This document shows positions 27,418-34,862 of a stretch of 34,862 nucleotides of DNA, in pieces; the stretch's first letter is position 1; each line of letters begins with the position of its first letter. The notes below the pieces were generated by a model. That model was not told the DNA's origin and searched no databases. It worked only from the letters and a program-made list of their open reading frames with translations. The translations under genes were made by a program, and so were the position numbers. This DNA is from Thermoplasmata archaeon (lineage in GTDB: Archaea > Thermoplasmatota > Thermoplasmata > Lutacidiplasmatales > UBA184): assembly GCA_030038885.1 (NCBI GenBank), contig JASHQY010000175.1:1-34862 (forward strand), written 5' to 3'.

Positions 27418-28803
27418 TCACGGGGAGTGCCGGTCCAGCCATTCCGATAGCGCCGCGAGGTCCAACGCGAACCCGCCCGCGCGCGTGAGCTCGGCGGCCG
27501 CCGCGCGGGTCACGGGACGTCGGCCGACGACGAACGGCCGCACGGGAAGGTATTGGGTCCGCTCCAGCAGCGCCAGTTTTCCGAGGAGTCGATGGACGTC
27601 GGTGGACCCGAATGGTCGACGGCTCCACTTCACTTCGCCGGCCCAGATCTCCCGAGAGCCGCGCAAGATTAGGTCGATCTCCGCGCCGGTTCGGTTCCAC
27701 CATCGCCCCATTTCGAGCGCGTCGATCGGATGTCCCGCGATCTCACCGCCGTTCGCCGCGCGCAGCACGCTGCGGACCACCCGCTCGAAGACCCGGCCCA
27801 CGTGGGCGTCCAGTTCGCCCTCGATCTGCTTCCAAACGGCCTCCGCGCGCCCGAGCTGCAACTCGGATCGGTGAGGGAAGACGAACCGATAGTAGAATTC
27901 GAAGAAGGGATCCCGGAACACGTACCTCGCGGGCCGGCGAACGCCACCGACCGGCGTCTCCATCTCGACCAGATCGAGACCGTCGCGGAGCTCTTCGAGG
28001 TAGGGGGCGAGCCCTCCCTTGGGAACGCCGACGCGAGCTTCCAGATCGGCGAGGAGGTGGGTCCCCTGCCCGATCTCATAGAGGATACTGTTGGGTCGAG
28101 CGGGGGCCCGCATCTCGAGGCGCAGGAGCTCCTGGGGCTCTTCGGCCAAGGGAGCAGTCGGATCGAGCAGCGCGCGCCGGACCGCGGCACCGAGCGGGAG
28201 ACTTTGGGACAACGTGTGGTAGAACGGGGTCCCGCCGAAGACCGCGTACCGCCGGATCCGCTCCTCCTCGGGAAGGTCGGGGTAGAGCCGCCGGACGGCG
28301 GGATACTCGAAGGGCTCCAGACGCAGCGAGCCGGTCAGGCGACCGTAGAGGGGGCCCCGCGAGGACTCGGCCAGGCGGCCCATCATCCCCACGCTGCTTC
28401 CCGAGAGGATCACGTGGGGCCCCTCGGTCCGCCACTTCGCGTCCCATCGCGCTTGGAGCCGCGTCACGGCCTGCGGATCGCTCGTGAGGATCCGCTGGAA
28501 CTCATCCCAGACCAGTACCCGGGGGCGGATTTCCTCTACGTGATCGAAGAAGGCGTCCCAGTCGCGGTAGGGTCGCCGGATCGTGTGCTCCTGCCGCCCG
28601 ATCTGGTCCGACATCGAAGCGAGCTGCCAGCGACGATCCGCGTCGTCGGCGGTGAGCAACACGCCTCCCTCGGCGAGGATCACCCGTCGGAGCAGCTCGG
28701 TCTTGCCCACGCGTCGGCGCCCGAACAGCCGGACCAGCTGGGGCGTTCGGCTCGCGAGCAGCGTTCGGAGGGCCCGAATCTCCGACGTCCGGTCCACGAA
28801 CAT
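27418..28803 (-). CDS. Archaeal ATPase (ATPase_2-like) with C-terminal DUF234/PD-(D/E)xK nuclease-like domain
   Basis: MFVDR..E start, Walker A GRRRVGKT, Walker B VWDEFQ, SGS, PLYGR, GGTPFY, DPFFEFYYRFV, FERVVR, WWN..EID and GEVKW. Confidence 0.92.
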   Translation of the reverse strand: MFVDRTSEIRALRTLLASRTPQLVRLFGRRRVGKTELLRRVILAEGGVLLTADDADRRWQLASMSDQIGRQEHTIRRPYRDWDAFFDHVEEIRPRVLVWDEFQRILTSDPQAVTRLQARWDAKWRTEGPHVILSGSSVGMMGRLAESSRGPLYGRLTGSLRLEPFEYPAVRRLYPDLPEEERIRRYAVFGGTPFYHTLSQSLPLGAAVRRALLDPTAPLAEEPQELLRLEMRAPARPNSILYEIGQGTHLLADLEARVGVPKGGLAPYLEELRDGLDLVEMETPVGGVRRPARYVFRDPFFEFYYRFVFPHRSELQLGRAEAVWKQIEGELDAHVGRVFERVVRSVLRAANGGEIAGHPIDALEMGRWWNRTGAEIDLILRGSREIWAGEVKWSRRPFGSTDVHRLLGKLALLERTQYLPVRPFVVGRRPVTRAAAAELTRAGGFALDLAALSEWLDRHSP

Positions 28804-28849
28804 GAATATCAACTAGTATTCGATATAATATATATTATTATCTTTATTG
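28804..28849 (-). promoter_or_regulatory. AT-rich promoter/operator of the ATPase-nuclease gene
   Basis: About 45 nt that are nearly all A/T in a very GC-rich window; perfect palindrome ATAATATATATTAT (28825-28838) and GAATA..TATTC inverted repeat (28804-28821). Confidence 0.65.
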
Positions 28850-28960
28850 GGTGCCCCCTCCTTGGCGCCCAGGGTCGAGGGGCGCGGGGGGCTGCAGGGA
28901 GCGGGTCGTGAACGGTCCTCTCGGGCCGATTCCGGGCGCCATCGCGCGACGCCGTGGGCA

Positions 28961-30535
28961 TCAGGTCCCGGAGGACGTCGCCGGAGCGGGGGTCCCCTCG
29001 CGCTCGCCCCAGTCCGCGACCCCCGCCGCCTGCAGCAGGGCGTCGAGGGCCGCGTGGTAGCGGTCCGCCGGAGCGGCGAGCGTCGAGCGGGCCCGGTCCG
29101 CGAGCGCGCTCCCGAACTCCTGCTCGGTCTTCGAGAACTGCCAGGCGTGGGCGCCGCCGCGGCCCAGCGCGGTGAGGAGGCCGAACGCGAGGCCCCGCTC
29201 CTTGCCCTCCTGGGGGAGCGACTGGAGGATCGTCCGCTCCGCCGCCGAGTTGCCGTGGACCCGGTACTCGCGGGCGACGCGGTCGACCCACGCCGCCTCC
29301 CGCGCGAGGCGGCGGTAGCGCGGCAGCTCGTCGAGGACCTGGCGCTCCTCGGTCCGACGCTGCGCCCGCTTCAGGATCTCGGCGACCCGTCCCGGGGCCC
29401 CCCGCGCTTCGTCGATCATCCGCCGGGCCTCGGTCGGGTCGGTGACGATCGTGCGCACGATGACCTCGGAGTGCTCCGGCCAGAGCCGCTCGAGCGCGCG
29501 GCTCGCCGACGGTTCGTCGACCTCGAAGTAGCCCGGCACGTCCTTCAACGCCCGCTCGACGGCCCGCCGCTCGATCGTGGTCGCGTCGAGGGCCTCGAGG
29601 AACGCCTCCGCGCGGGCGCCGTAGCACACGCCGCCCGCGACGTACGTCGGGCGCGACGTGCCCTCGATCCGGGGGCGGAGCTCGTCGCCGTAGGCGTCGA
29701 TCAGCTGGGCATCGGACAGGCGGCCGAGCTCGTAGCGCTGGCGCAACGCGCGCGGGAGCTCGGGCAGCCGAGCGTGGACGCATTCGGGTCCGCCCTCGCA
29801 CCGCACGTTCCAGACGACGTCGACGGGGAACTCGGCGCTCGGGTCCGGGACCGCGGCCCCGTCCGAGACGCTCGCGAGGAGGTGGCGCTCCGCCTTCGCG
29901 CACTTCCGGCAGACGCGGAACGCGGTGCCGGCGCCCGGCCAGGCGACCTCGAGGTATGGCCGCGGCTCGTTCTGCTTCAGGTGGGGGCAGAGGAAGAGGT
30001 GCTTCGCCGGGTCCTCGATCAGCCGGTACGGCAGGTCGGCGACGCGCTCGGCCCGGAACTCCTCGGGCGGCGCCGGCGACCGTCCCGAGCACCAGAGGGT
30101 CTTGCGCGTCGCGAAGAAATGGAATCCCTTGCGCGCCCAGTCGACGTAGCCGAGCAGGAGGCGACCGGGATCGTCCGATTGCTGGACCGCGACCTCGGTC
30201 TCCCGCGGCGCGCGGGCGAGCGCGGCGTACGAGGCCTCCCCGTCGGGCAGGGGGAACGAGACGACCGCCGGCGTCCCGGGGTCGAGGTAGAACTTCAGCA
30301 GCCCCGCGTACGAGCGCACGAGCGGATCGCCCCAGTGCGACGCGCGCTCGAGCCGCTTCGCGTCGTCCCGCTCCTGGCGCACCGCCTCGAGGTCGGACCG
30401 CAGGCGATCGAACCGGTCGGGAGGGCAGTCGGCGGTCCGGCGCGGGAGGAGCGGCTCGACCGACTCGCGGAGGACCTTCGCCCGGGCGACGAGGTCGTGC
30501 TCCCGGACCCCCGACCCTCGACGGATGCGCGGCAC
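28961..30535 (-). CDS. Conserved hypothetical protein (524 aa) with Cys clusters
   Basis: GGAGG before the GTG start and normal protein composition; WCSG..PP, CPH, VCRKC and C..GPEC. Resembles, from memory, an uncharacterised Thermoplasmata family. Confidence 0.8.
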   Translation of the reverse strand: MPRIRRGSGVREHDLVARAKVLRESVEPLLPRRTADCPPDRFDRLRSDLEAVRQERDDAKRLERASHWGDPLVRSYAGLLKFYLDPGTPAVVSFPLPDGEASYAALARAPRETEVAVQQSDDPGRLLLGYVDWARKGFHFFATRKTLWCSGRSPAPPEEFRAERVADLPYRLIEDPAKHLFLCPHLKQNEPRPYLEVAWPGAGTAFRVCRKCAKAERHLLASVSDGAAVPDPSAEFPVDVVWNVRCEGGPECVHARLPELPRALRQRYELGRLSDAQLIDAYGDELRPRIEGTSRPTYVAGGVCYGARAEAFLEALDATTIERRAVERALKDVPGYFEVDEPSASRALERLWPEHSEVIVRTIVTDPTEARRMIDEARGAPGRVAEILKRAQRRTEERQVLDELPRYRRLAREAAWVDRVAREYRVHGNSAAERTILQSLPQEGKERGLAFGLLTALGRGGAHAWQFSKTEQEFGSALADRARSTLAAPADRYHAALDALLQAAGVADWGEREGTPAPATSSGT

Positions 30536-30595
30536 CGGCGTTCCTCCCCGCGAGCGAGCGGGGGGCCGTACATATTCCCGAGGGTGCGGCCGGGG

Positions 30596-31159
30596 CTACC
30601 GATGGCAGGCCGCGAGGAAGTGGCGGAACATCTCGCGCCCCCCTTCGGTCGGCTCGACCTCGGGGTGGAACTGGACCCCCCAGATCGCCTTCGTCGGGTG
30701 GCTCATCGCCTCGACCGCGCAGGCGGCGGAGTGCGCGAGGACCGTCCAGCCGGCGGGCGCCTCCGCGACCTGGTCGTTGTGGTTCGCCCAGACCCGGAAC
30801 CGTGGGGGGAGGCCCGCGAACAACGGGTGGTCGGGCCGGTCGACCGTCAGGTCGACCGCGCCGAACTCGGCGGAGGCCGTCCGGAGCTTCCCCCCGAAGT
30901 GCCGGCCGAGGTACTCGTGCCCGAGGCAGATCGCGAGCACCGGCACGTCGACCGAATCGATCCAGTCCCCGACGCGGCCGAGCGGCGCGTCGCTGCCCTC
31001 GAGGCTGAGCGCGCCGCCCGAGAGCACGATCCCGTCGGCGTGGAGCTCGGCGAAGGGGGTCGTGTTCGGCACGATCGTCGTCTCGGCGCCGAGGTCGCGG
31101 AGGACCCGCCATTCCCGATGGGTCCACTGCCCCCCGTTGTCCAGGACCGGGATCCTCAC
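30596..31159 (-). CDS. guaAA: GMP synthase glutamine amidotransferase subunit A
   Basis: DNGGQWTHR, LSGG, ICLGHE (catalytic Cys) and GVQFHPEV (His/Glu). Confidence 0.93.
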   Translation of the reverse strand: MRIPVLDNGGQWTHREWRVLRDLGAETTIVPNTTPFAELHADGIVLSGGALSLEGSDAPLGRVGDWIDSVDVPVLAICLGHEYLGRHFGGKLRTASAEFGAVDLTVDRPDHPLFAGLPPRFRVWANHNDQVAEAPAGWTVLAHSAACAVEAMSHPTKAIWGVQFHPEVEPTEGGREMFRHFLAACHR

Positions 31160-31512
31160 GGCGTTCCCTCCTTCGGCGGGTCCGCGGGGTCGGACTTCGC
31201 CGGCGGCGGCTCGCGACGCTCGAGCGCGGCGCGGAGCTCGCGGACCTCGGTCCGCATCCGCAGCATCTCCTCCTCGAACGGCGTGAACCCCTGGGGGCGG
31301 AGGATCCGCGCGGAGACGTAGATCCCGATGAAGATCGCGCCGACCAGCGCGAGGACGGTCGTGAACACGAGCGCGAAGACGAGGGTGTACGGGTCGCCGA
31401 ACGCGGCGACGACGGGGAGCGTGAACACGCGGGTGATCTCCGCGAACTCGACGATCACGAGGCCGAGGATCAGCGCCGTCCAGAACAGGAGCACCGCGCG
31501 CGAAGGGTTCAC
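31156..31512 (-). CDS. Small two-TM membrane protein with C-terminal coiled coil (118 aa)
   Basis: GTGA overlaps at both ends; two hydrophobic helices followed by GFTPFEEEMLRMRTEVRELRAALE. Confidence 0.8.
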   Translation of the reverse strand: MNPSRAVLLFWTALILGLVIVEFAEITRVFTLPVVAAFGDPYTLVFALVFTTVLALVGAIFIGIYVSARILRPQGFTPFEEEMLRMRTEVRELRAALERREPPPAKSDPADPPKEGTP

Positions 31513-32096
31513 GGAGTCCCTCCGGTGCCGACGTAGCTGAGCAGGATCGGGACCGGGAGGTCGACGACCGGGGTCGAGAACCCTCCGATGCCGGGGGTCG
31601 CCGAGACGACCGTGAGGATCTCGGTCGTCGAGCCGATCGGCGTGCTGAGGTTGAACGCGAGGAGCCCCGCGTAGAGCGAGTTGACCCCGTTCGCGGTGTA
31701 GAGCGCGGTGACGTTCACGGCGACCGGGTCCTCGTACGCCGCGCGGTCGACCGAGAGGACCGACGAGCCGTTGACCCAGTCGGTCCAGTTGAGGGGCCCG
31801 GTCGGGAACGACCCGGTCCACGCGAAGCCGAACGCGAACCCGAGGTTCACCTCCGCGTAGCGCGCGGTCGTGCTGAGCCCCCGGACGTAGTAGTGCGTCG
31901 AATTGTTCCCGGGCAGCGCGTCCACGACCAGTTCGGGCTGCGCCAGCACGCCCCCGCTCGGGGACTGGCCGGTCAGGACCGGCGTCGCGATGATCAGCAC
32001 GACGAGCAGCAGCGCCACCCCGACGAACGGCAGGGGGGCGAGCTCCTCGAGGCGGCGTCGGCCGCTCGAGAACGAGCCTCGCCCGGCCGCGCTCAC
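31509..32096 (-). CDS. Single-TM membrane protein with extracellular beta-rich domain (195 aa)
   Basis: GTGA overlap with the ubiX stop; RRR then PLPFVGVALLLVVLIIATP; sequons NST, NWT, NGS, NVT and NLS. Confidence 0.8.
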   Translation of the reverse strand: MSAAGRGSFSSGRRRLEELAPLPFVGVALLLVVLIIATPVLTGQSPSGGVLAQPELVVDALPGNNSTHYYVRGLSTTARYAEVNLGFAFGFAWTGSFPTGPLNWTDWVNGSSVLSVDRAAYEDPVAVNVTALYTANGVNSLYAGLLAFNLSTPIGSTTEILTVVSATPGIGGFSTPVVDLPVPILLSYVGTGGTP

Positions 32097-32668
32097 GAGG
32101 TCCCCTCCTTCCAGCCCCGGTACAGATGGTGCGGGACGCCGAGCTGCTCCAGCACCTTGCCGGCGAGATAGGCGGTCTGGTCGTCGACCGTTCTCGGGTG
32201 GAGATAGTACGGCGGCGCCGCGTCGAGCACGACCGCGCCCAGCTCGCTCAGGGTCGTCAGGTGCCGCAGGAGCGTCGTCGGCAGCGGGGTCTCCCGCGGG
32301 ACGACCACGAGCCGTCGCCGTTCCTTCAAATGGACGTGGGCCGCCCGCGTGAGAAGGGTGTCCGCGAGGCCGAGGGCGACCTTCGCGGCCGTGTGCGACG
32401 AGCACGGCACGATCACCATCCCGCGGGTCGGCCGCGAACCGCTCGCGATCGGGGCGGTGAGGTCGTGGTCGGAGTAGACGTGTGCGGCCCGCGGCGCGAG
32501 CGCGGCGGGGTCGAGATCGCACTCGGCGCGCAGCACCGCGACCGCGCCGTCGGAGAGCACGAGCGCGACCGGCACCCGCGCCTCGGCGAGCGCATCGAGC
32601 ACGCGGACGGCGATCGGGGCGCCGCTCGCCCCCGAAACGCCCACGACGATCGGAGGTTCGTCGGCCAC
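32093..32668 (-). CDS. ubiX: UbiX flavin prenyltransferase
   Basis: VGVSGASG, APIASGS, VPCS, LLTRAA..LKERRRLVVVPRETP and PPYY. Confidence 0.95.
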   Translation of the reverse strand: MADEPPIVVGVSGASGAPIAVRVLDALAEARVPVALVLSDGAVAVLRAECDLDPAALAPRAAHVYSDHDLTAPIASGSRPTRGMVIVPCSSHTAAKVALGLADTLLTRAAHVHLKERRRLVVVPRETPLPTTLLRHLTTLSELGAVVLDAAPPYYLHPRTVDDQTAYLAGKVLEQLGVPHHLYRGWKEGTS

Positions 32669-32733
32669 GCGGCTCCCCGTCCTTAAGAGGCTTCAGCGAC
32701 TTCGCCGATAAGACGATTCGCGGGGCGGACACG

Positions 32734-33897
32734 GTGGGGCATCGGGCGGCGATCGTCGGCGCGGGGCACACTCGGTTCGGGGCGCTCGACGCCGGACCGC
32801 GGGCCCTGCTCCGGTCCGCGGTCGACGAGGCGTTCGGTTCCGTGGACCGGGGCGCCGAGCGGTCGTCGATCGACGAGGCGTTCCTCGCGACCCTCGGCTT
32901 CGGCGGCTGGCAGATCGGTAACTCGTCGGCCGTCCTCGCGGAGGAGGCCGGGGTGCCCGGGGTCCCGGTGACCCGGGTGGAGAACGCCTGCGCGTCGGGC
33001 GGCGCCGCGATCCGCGCCGCGGTGCGCGCGGTCGAGGGCGGCGCCCGTCGGCTGGTCCTGGTCGCGGGGCTGGAGAAGATGACCGACGTGCCGAACGCGC
33101 GCCGGCGCTACTGGCTCGGCGTGTCCGGCGACACGGAGTGGGAGCGGCTCGCGGGCCTCACGTTCGCGGGGGTCTACGGGCTGATCGCCTCGCGCTACCT
33201 CGCCGAGCACGGGGTCGGGCCGGAGGCGCTCGAGGAGGTCGCGGTCAAGAACCACGACAACGGGGCCCGGAACCCGAAGGCCCAGTTCCAGAAGCGGGTG
33301 AGCCGCGCGGACGTCCGAGCGGCCCCCCGGGTCGCGGACCCGCTCGGCCTCTACGACTGCTGCCCGGTGTCGGACGGGGCGGCGGCGCTCCTGATCGCGC
33401 CGGCCGCGTCCGCCCGGACGTACACCGACGCGCCGGTCTACATCGACGGGGTCGGCGCGGGGTCGGACTTCCTCGCGGTGCAGGAGCGGCCGGAGCTGAC
33501 CCGGTTCGGTGCCAGCCGGTGGGCGGCCGACGAGGCGTTCCATGCCGCCGGGTGCTCCCGCTCCGAGATCTCGTTCCTCGAGGTCCATGACTGCTTCACG
33601 ATCGCGGAGCTGCTCGCGATCGAGGACCTCGGGTACGCGGCGCCCGGGGCGGCGGGTCGGTTGACGCTCGAGGGCGCGACGCGCCGGGACGGCCGGCTCC
33701 CGGTCAATCCGGACGGCGGGCTGAAGGCGAAGGGCCACCCGATCGGGGCGACCGGGGTCAGCCAGGCCTACGAGGTCTTCCAGCAGCTGCGGGGATCGGC
33801 CGGGCCGCGGCAGGTCGCGCGCGCGGAACGGGCCCTGACCCACAACGTGGGGGGTGCGGGCGCGACGGCCTGCGTCACGATCTACTCGAGGGGATGA
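32734..33897 (+). CDS. Archaeal/SCP2-type thiolase (acetyl-CoA C-acyltransferase)
   Basis: AIVGAGHTRFG, ENACASGG (catalytic Cys), GLEKM, DCCPVSDGAAA, EVHDCFT, GGLKAKGHPIGATG and HNVGG. Start at GTG 32734. Confidence 0.95.
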   Translation: MGHRAAIVGAGHTRFGALDAGPRALLRSAVDEAFGSVDRGAERSSIDEAFLATLGFGGWQIGNSSAVLAEEAGVPGVPVTRVENACASGGAAIRAAVRAVEGGARRLVLVAGLEKMTDVPNARRRYWLGVSGDTEWERLAGLTFAGVYGLIASRYLAEHGVGPEALEEVAVKNHDNGARNPKAQFQKRVSRADVRAAPRVADPLGLYDCCPVSDGAAALLIAPAASARTYTDAPVYIDGVGAGSDFLAVQERPELTRFGASRWAADEAFHAAGCSRSEISFLEVHDCFTIAELLAIEDLGYAAPGAAGRLTLEGATRRDGRLPVNPDGGLKAKGHPIGATGVSQAYEVFQQLRGSAGPRQVARAERALTHNVGGAGATACVTIYSRG

Positions 33898-33903
33898 GGG
33901 TCC

Positions 33904-34862
33904 GTGCGGGGAGTCGAACGGGCCGCCGCGTACGTCCCGACCGGCGCGATCGACGGCCGGCCAAGGGCGGCGGACGACGAGGACGGGTTCACGCTCGCCG
34001 CCACCGCGCTCGAGCGGCTCGAACCGCCTTTGCCCGGCGGTCCTCCGCCGGCGCGCCTCCTTCTGGTCGGCGACCTCCCGGCCTCCGCCGATGCGGACCT
34101 GGTCCGCTTCCTGGGGTTCCCGCTGCGGACCGACCGGTTCGGTCGAGGCGGTTCGGCCCTCGGGACCGCGCTGGAGGCGGCGTGCGACGCCGCACGCGGT
34201 GGGGAGCCGGCGCTGCTCGTCGCGGTCGACCTCGCCGCCTCCCGCGCGGGGACGGAGCCGGTGAACGGGGACGATGGGTTCGACGCCGCGGTCGCGCTCC
34301 GGTTCGCGGAGCTCGGGAACCGAGACGGGGAGGAAGCGCTCGGGGACGTGCCGCGCGATGGGCCGCAGTCCACCCCGGGTCTCCTCGAGCTGGGTCGGCG
34401 GCGACGCGCCACGGACCCCGACCGCTGGGTCGGGGACTTCGAGGCGCCTCCCCCGCGCGCGGCCGCGGCCCGCACTGCCCCGGCGCCCGCCCCGGCATCG
34501 GAGGGTCCGTTCTCCCAGGGCGCGTACGTACCGCGGCCCCGCTACCTCGAGAACCTCCCCGGACGCTGGAGGCTGATCGGAGAGCGCTGCTCGGCCTGCG
34601 GCCGCATCGGGTTTCCGCCGCGCGGACGGTGTCGCGAGTGCGGCGCCACCGAAGGGCTGGTCCCGACCCCGCTGCCCCGGGACGGGGGCGAGGTTGTGGC
34701 CGCTACGACGATCGGCCCCGGCGGCCAGCCCACGGAGTTCGACGACCAGGTCGCGACCTCGGGCCCGTACACCGTCGTGCTCGTGGAGCTGGTCCCCGGG
34801 GTTCGGGTCACTCTGCAGGCGACCGACGCCCGCCCCGGCGAGCTCGCGATCGGCGCGCGGGT
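33904..34862 (+). CDS. Partial (runs off the right edge) degenerate HMG-CoA-synthase-like domain fused to DUF35 (Zn ribbon plus OB fold)
   Basis: Not in the ORF track. Manual translation: MRGVERAAAYVP..ADDEDGFTLAATAL.. then GAYVPRPRY..WRLIGERCSACGRIGFPPRGRCREC..GEVVAATTIGPGGQPTEF..GPYTVVLVEL. Confidence 0.88.
   Translation, partial: MRGVERAAAYVPTGAIDGRPRAADDEDGFTLAATALERLEPPLPGGPPPARLLLVGDLPASADADLVRFLGFPLRTDRFGRGGSALGTALEAACDAARGGEPALLVAVDLAASRAGTEPVNGDDGFDAAVALRFAELGNRDGEEALGDVPRDGPQSTPGLLELGRRRRATDPDRWVGDFEAPPPRAAAARTAPAPAPASEGPFSQGAYVPRPRYLENLPGRWRLIGERCSACGRIGFPPRGRCRECGATEGLVPTPLPRDGGEVVAATTIGPGGQPTEFDDQVATSGPYTVVLVELVPGVRVTLQATDARPGELAIGAR

Noticed and set aside
28809-31321. Long ORFs of 772 aa (-) and 824 aa (+), and similar ones such as 5..994, 3031..5301, 9381..11441 and 18663..20579
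   Set aside because: Low-complexity off-frame or antisense shadows of genes with recognisable motifs.
33894-33990. ATG overlapping the thiolase stop (ATGA) as the start of the next gene
   Set aside because: That frame reads MRVRAGSRTGRR with no motifs; the GTG 33904 frame carries the HMGCS-like and DUF35 motifs.
1-34862. CRISPR array, IS element, integrase or att duplication
   Set aside because: I saw no regularly spaced repeats, transposase or integrase motifs, or duplicated tRNA 3' ends.

Overview
This is a very GC-rich archaeal chromosomal segment, most likely from the class Thermoplasmata. That placement is an inference from the GuaAA start 'DNGGQWTHREWRVLR', a stand-alone tRNA-Ala(UGC), a nuclease-less Hef and a Thermoplasmata-style hypothetical protein. 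It is mostly core genes: two tRNAs (Ala-TGC, Pro-CGG), nreA, mat, elp3, fni and ipk (isoprenoid synthesis), cdc6/orc1, an aldehyde dehydrogenase, a methanogen-type (Zn-dependent) SerRS, a Hef helicase, kdpFABC plus a tandem Usp gene, dph5, guaAA, ubiX, and a thiolase followed by a pseudo-HMG-CoA-synthase/DUF35 fusion. Accessory-looking genes are a SAM methyltransferase, a luciferase-like oxidoreductase, a large surface glycoprotein, an atypical receiver domain and an archaeal ATPase-PD-(D/E)xK nuclease behind a strikingly AT-rich palindromic promoter. Several real genes are missing from or buried in the ORF track: kdpF, kdpC, dph5, both edge genes and several small proteins. I saw no CRISPR array, transposase, integrase or canonical ORB. 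No clearly new multi-gene system can be proven from sequence alone. The best leads are the methanogen-type SerRS, the ubiX / thiolase-DUF35 locus with two coupled unknown membrane proteins, PIP-like motifs on Cdc6 and Hef, the ATPase-nuclease and a hairpin-dense intergenic region at 27.2-27.4 kb. All family calls come from motif recognition by eye; no database search was run.
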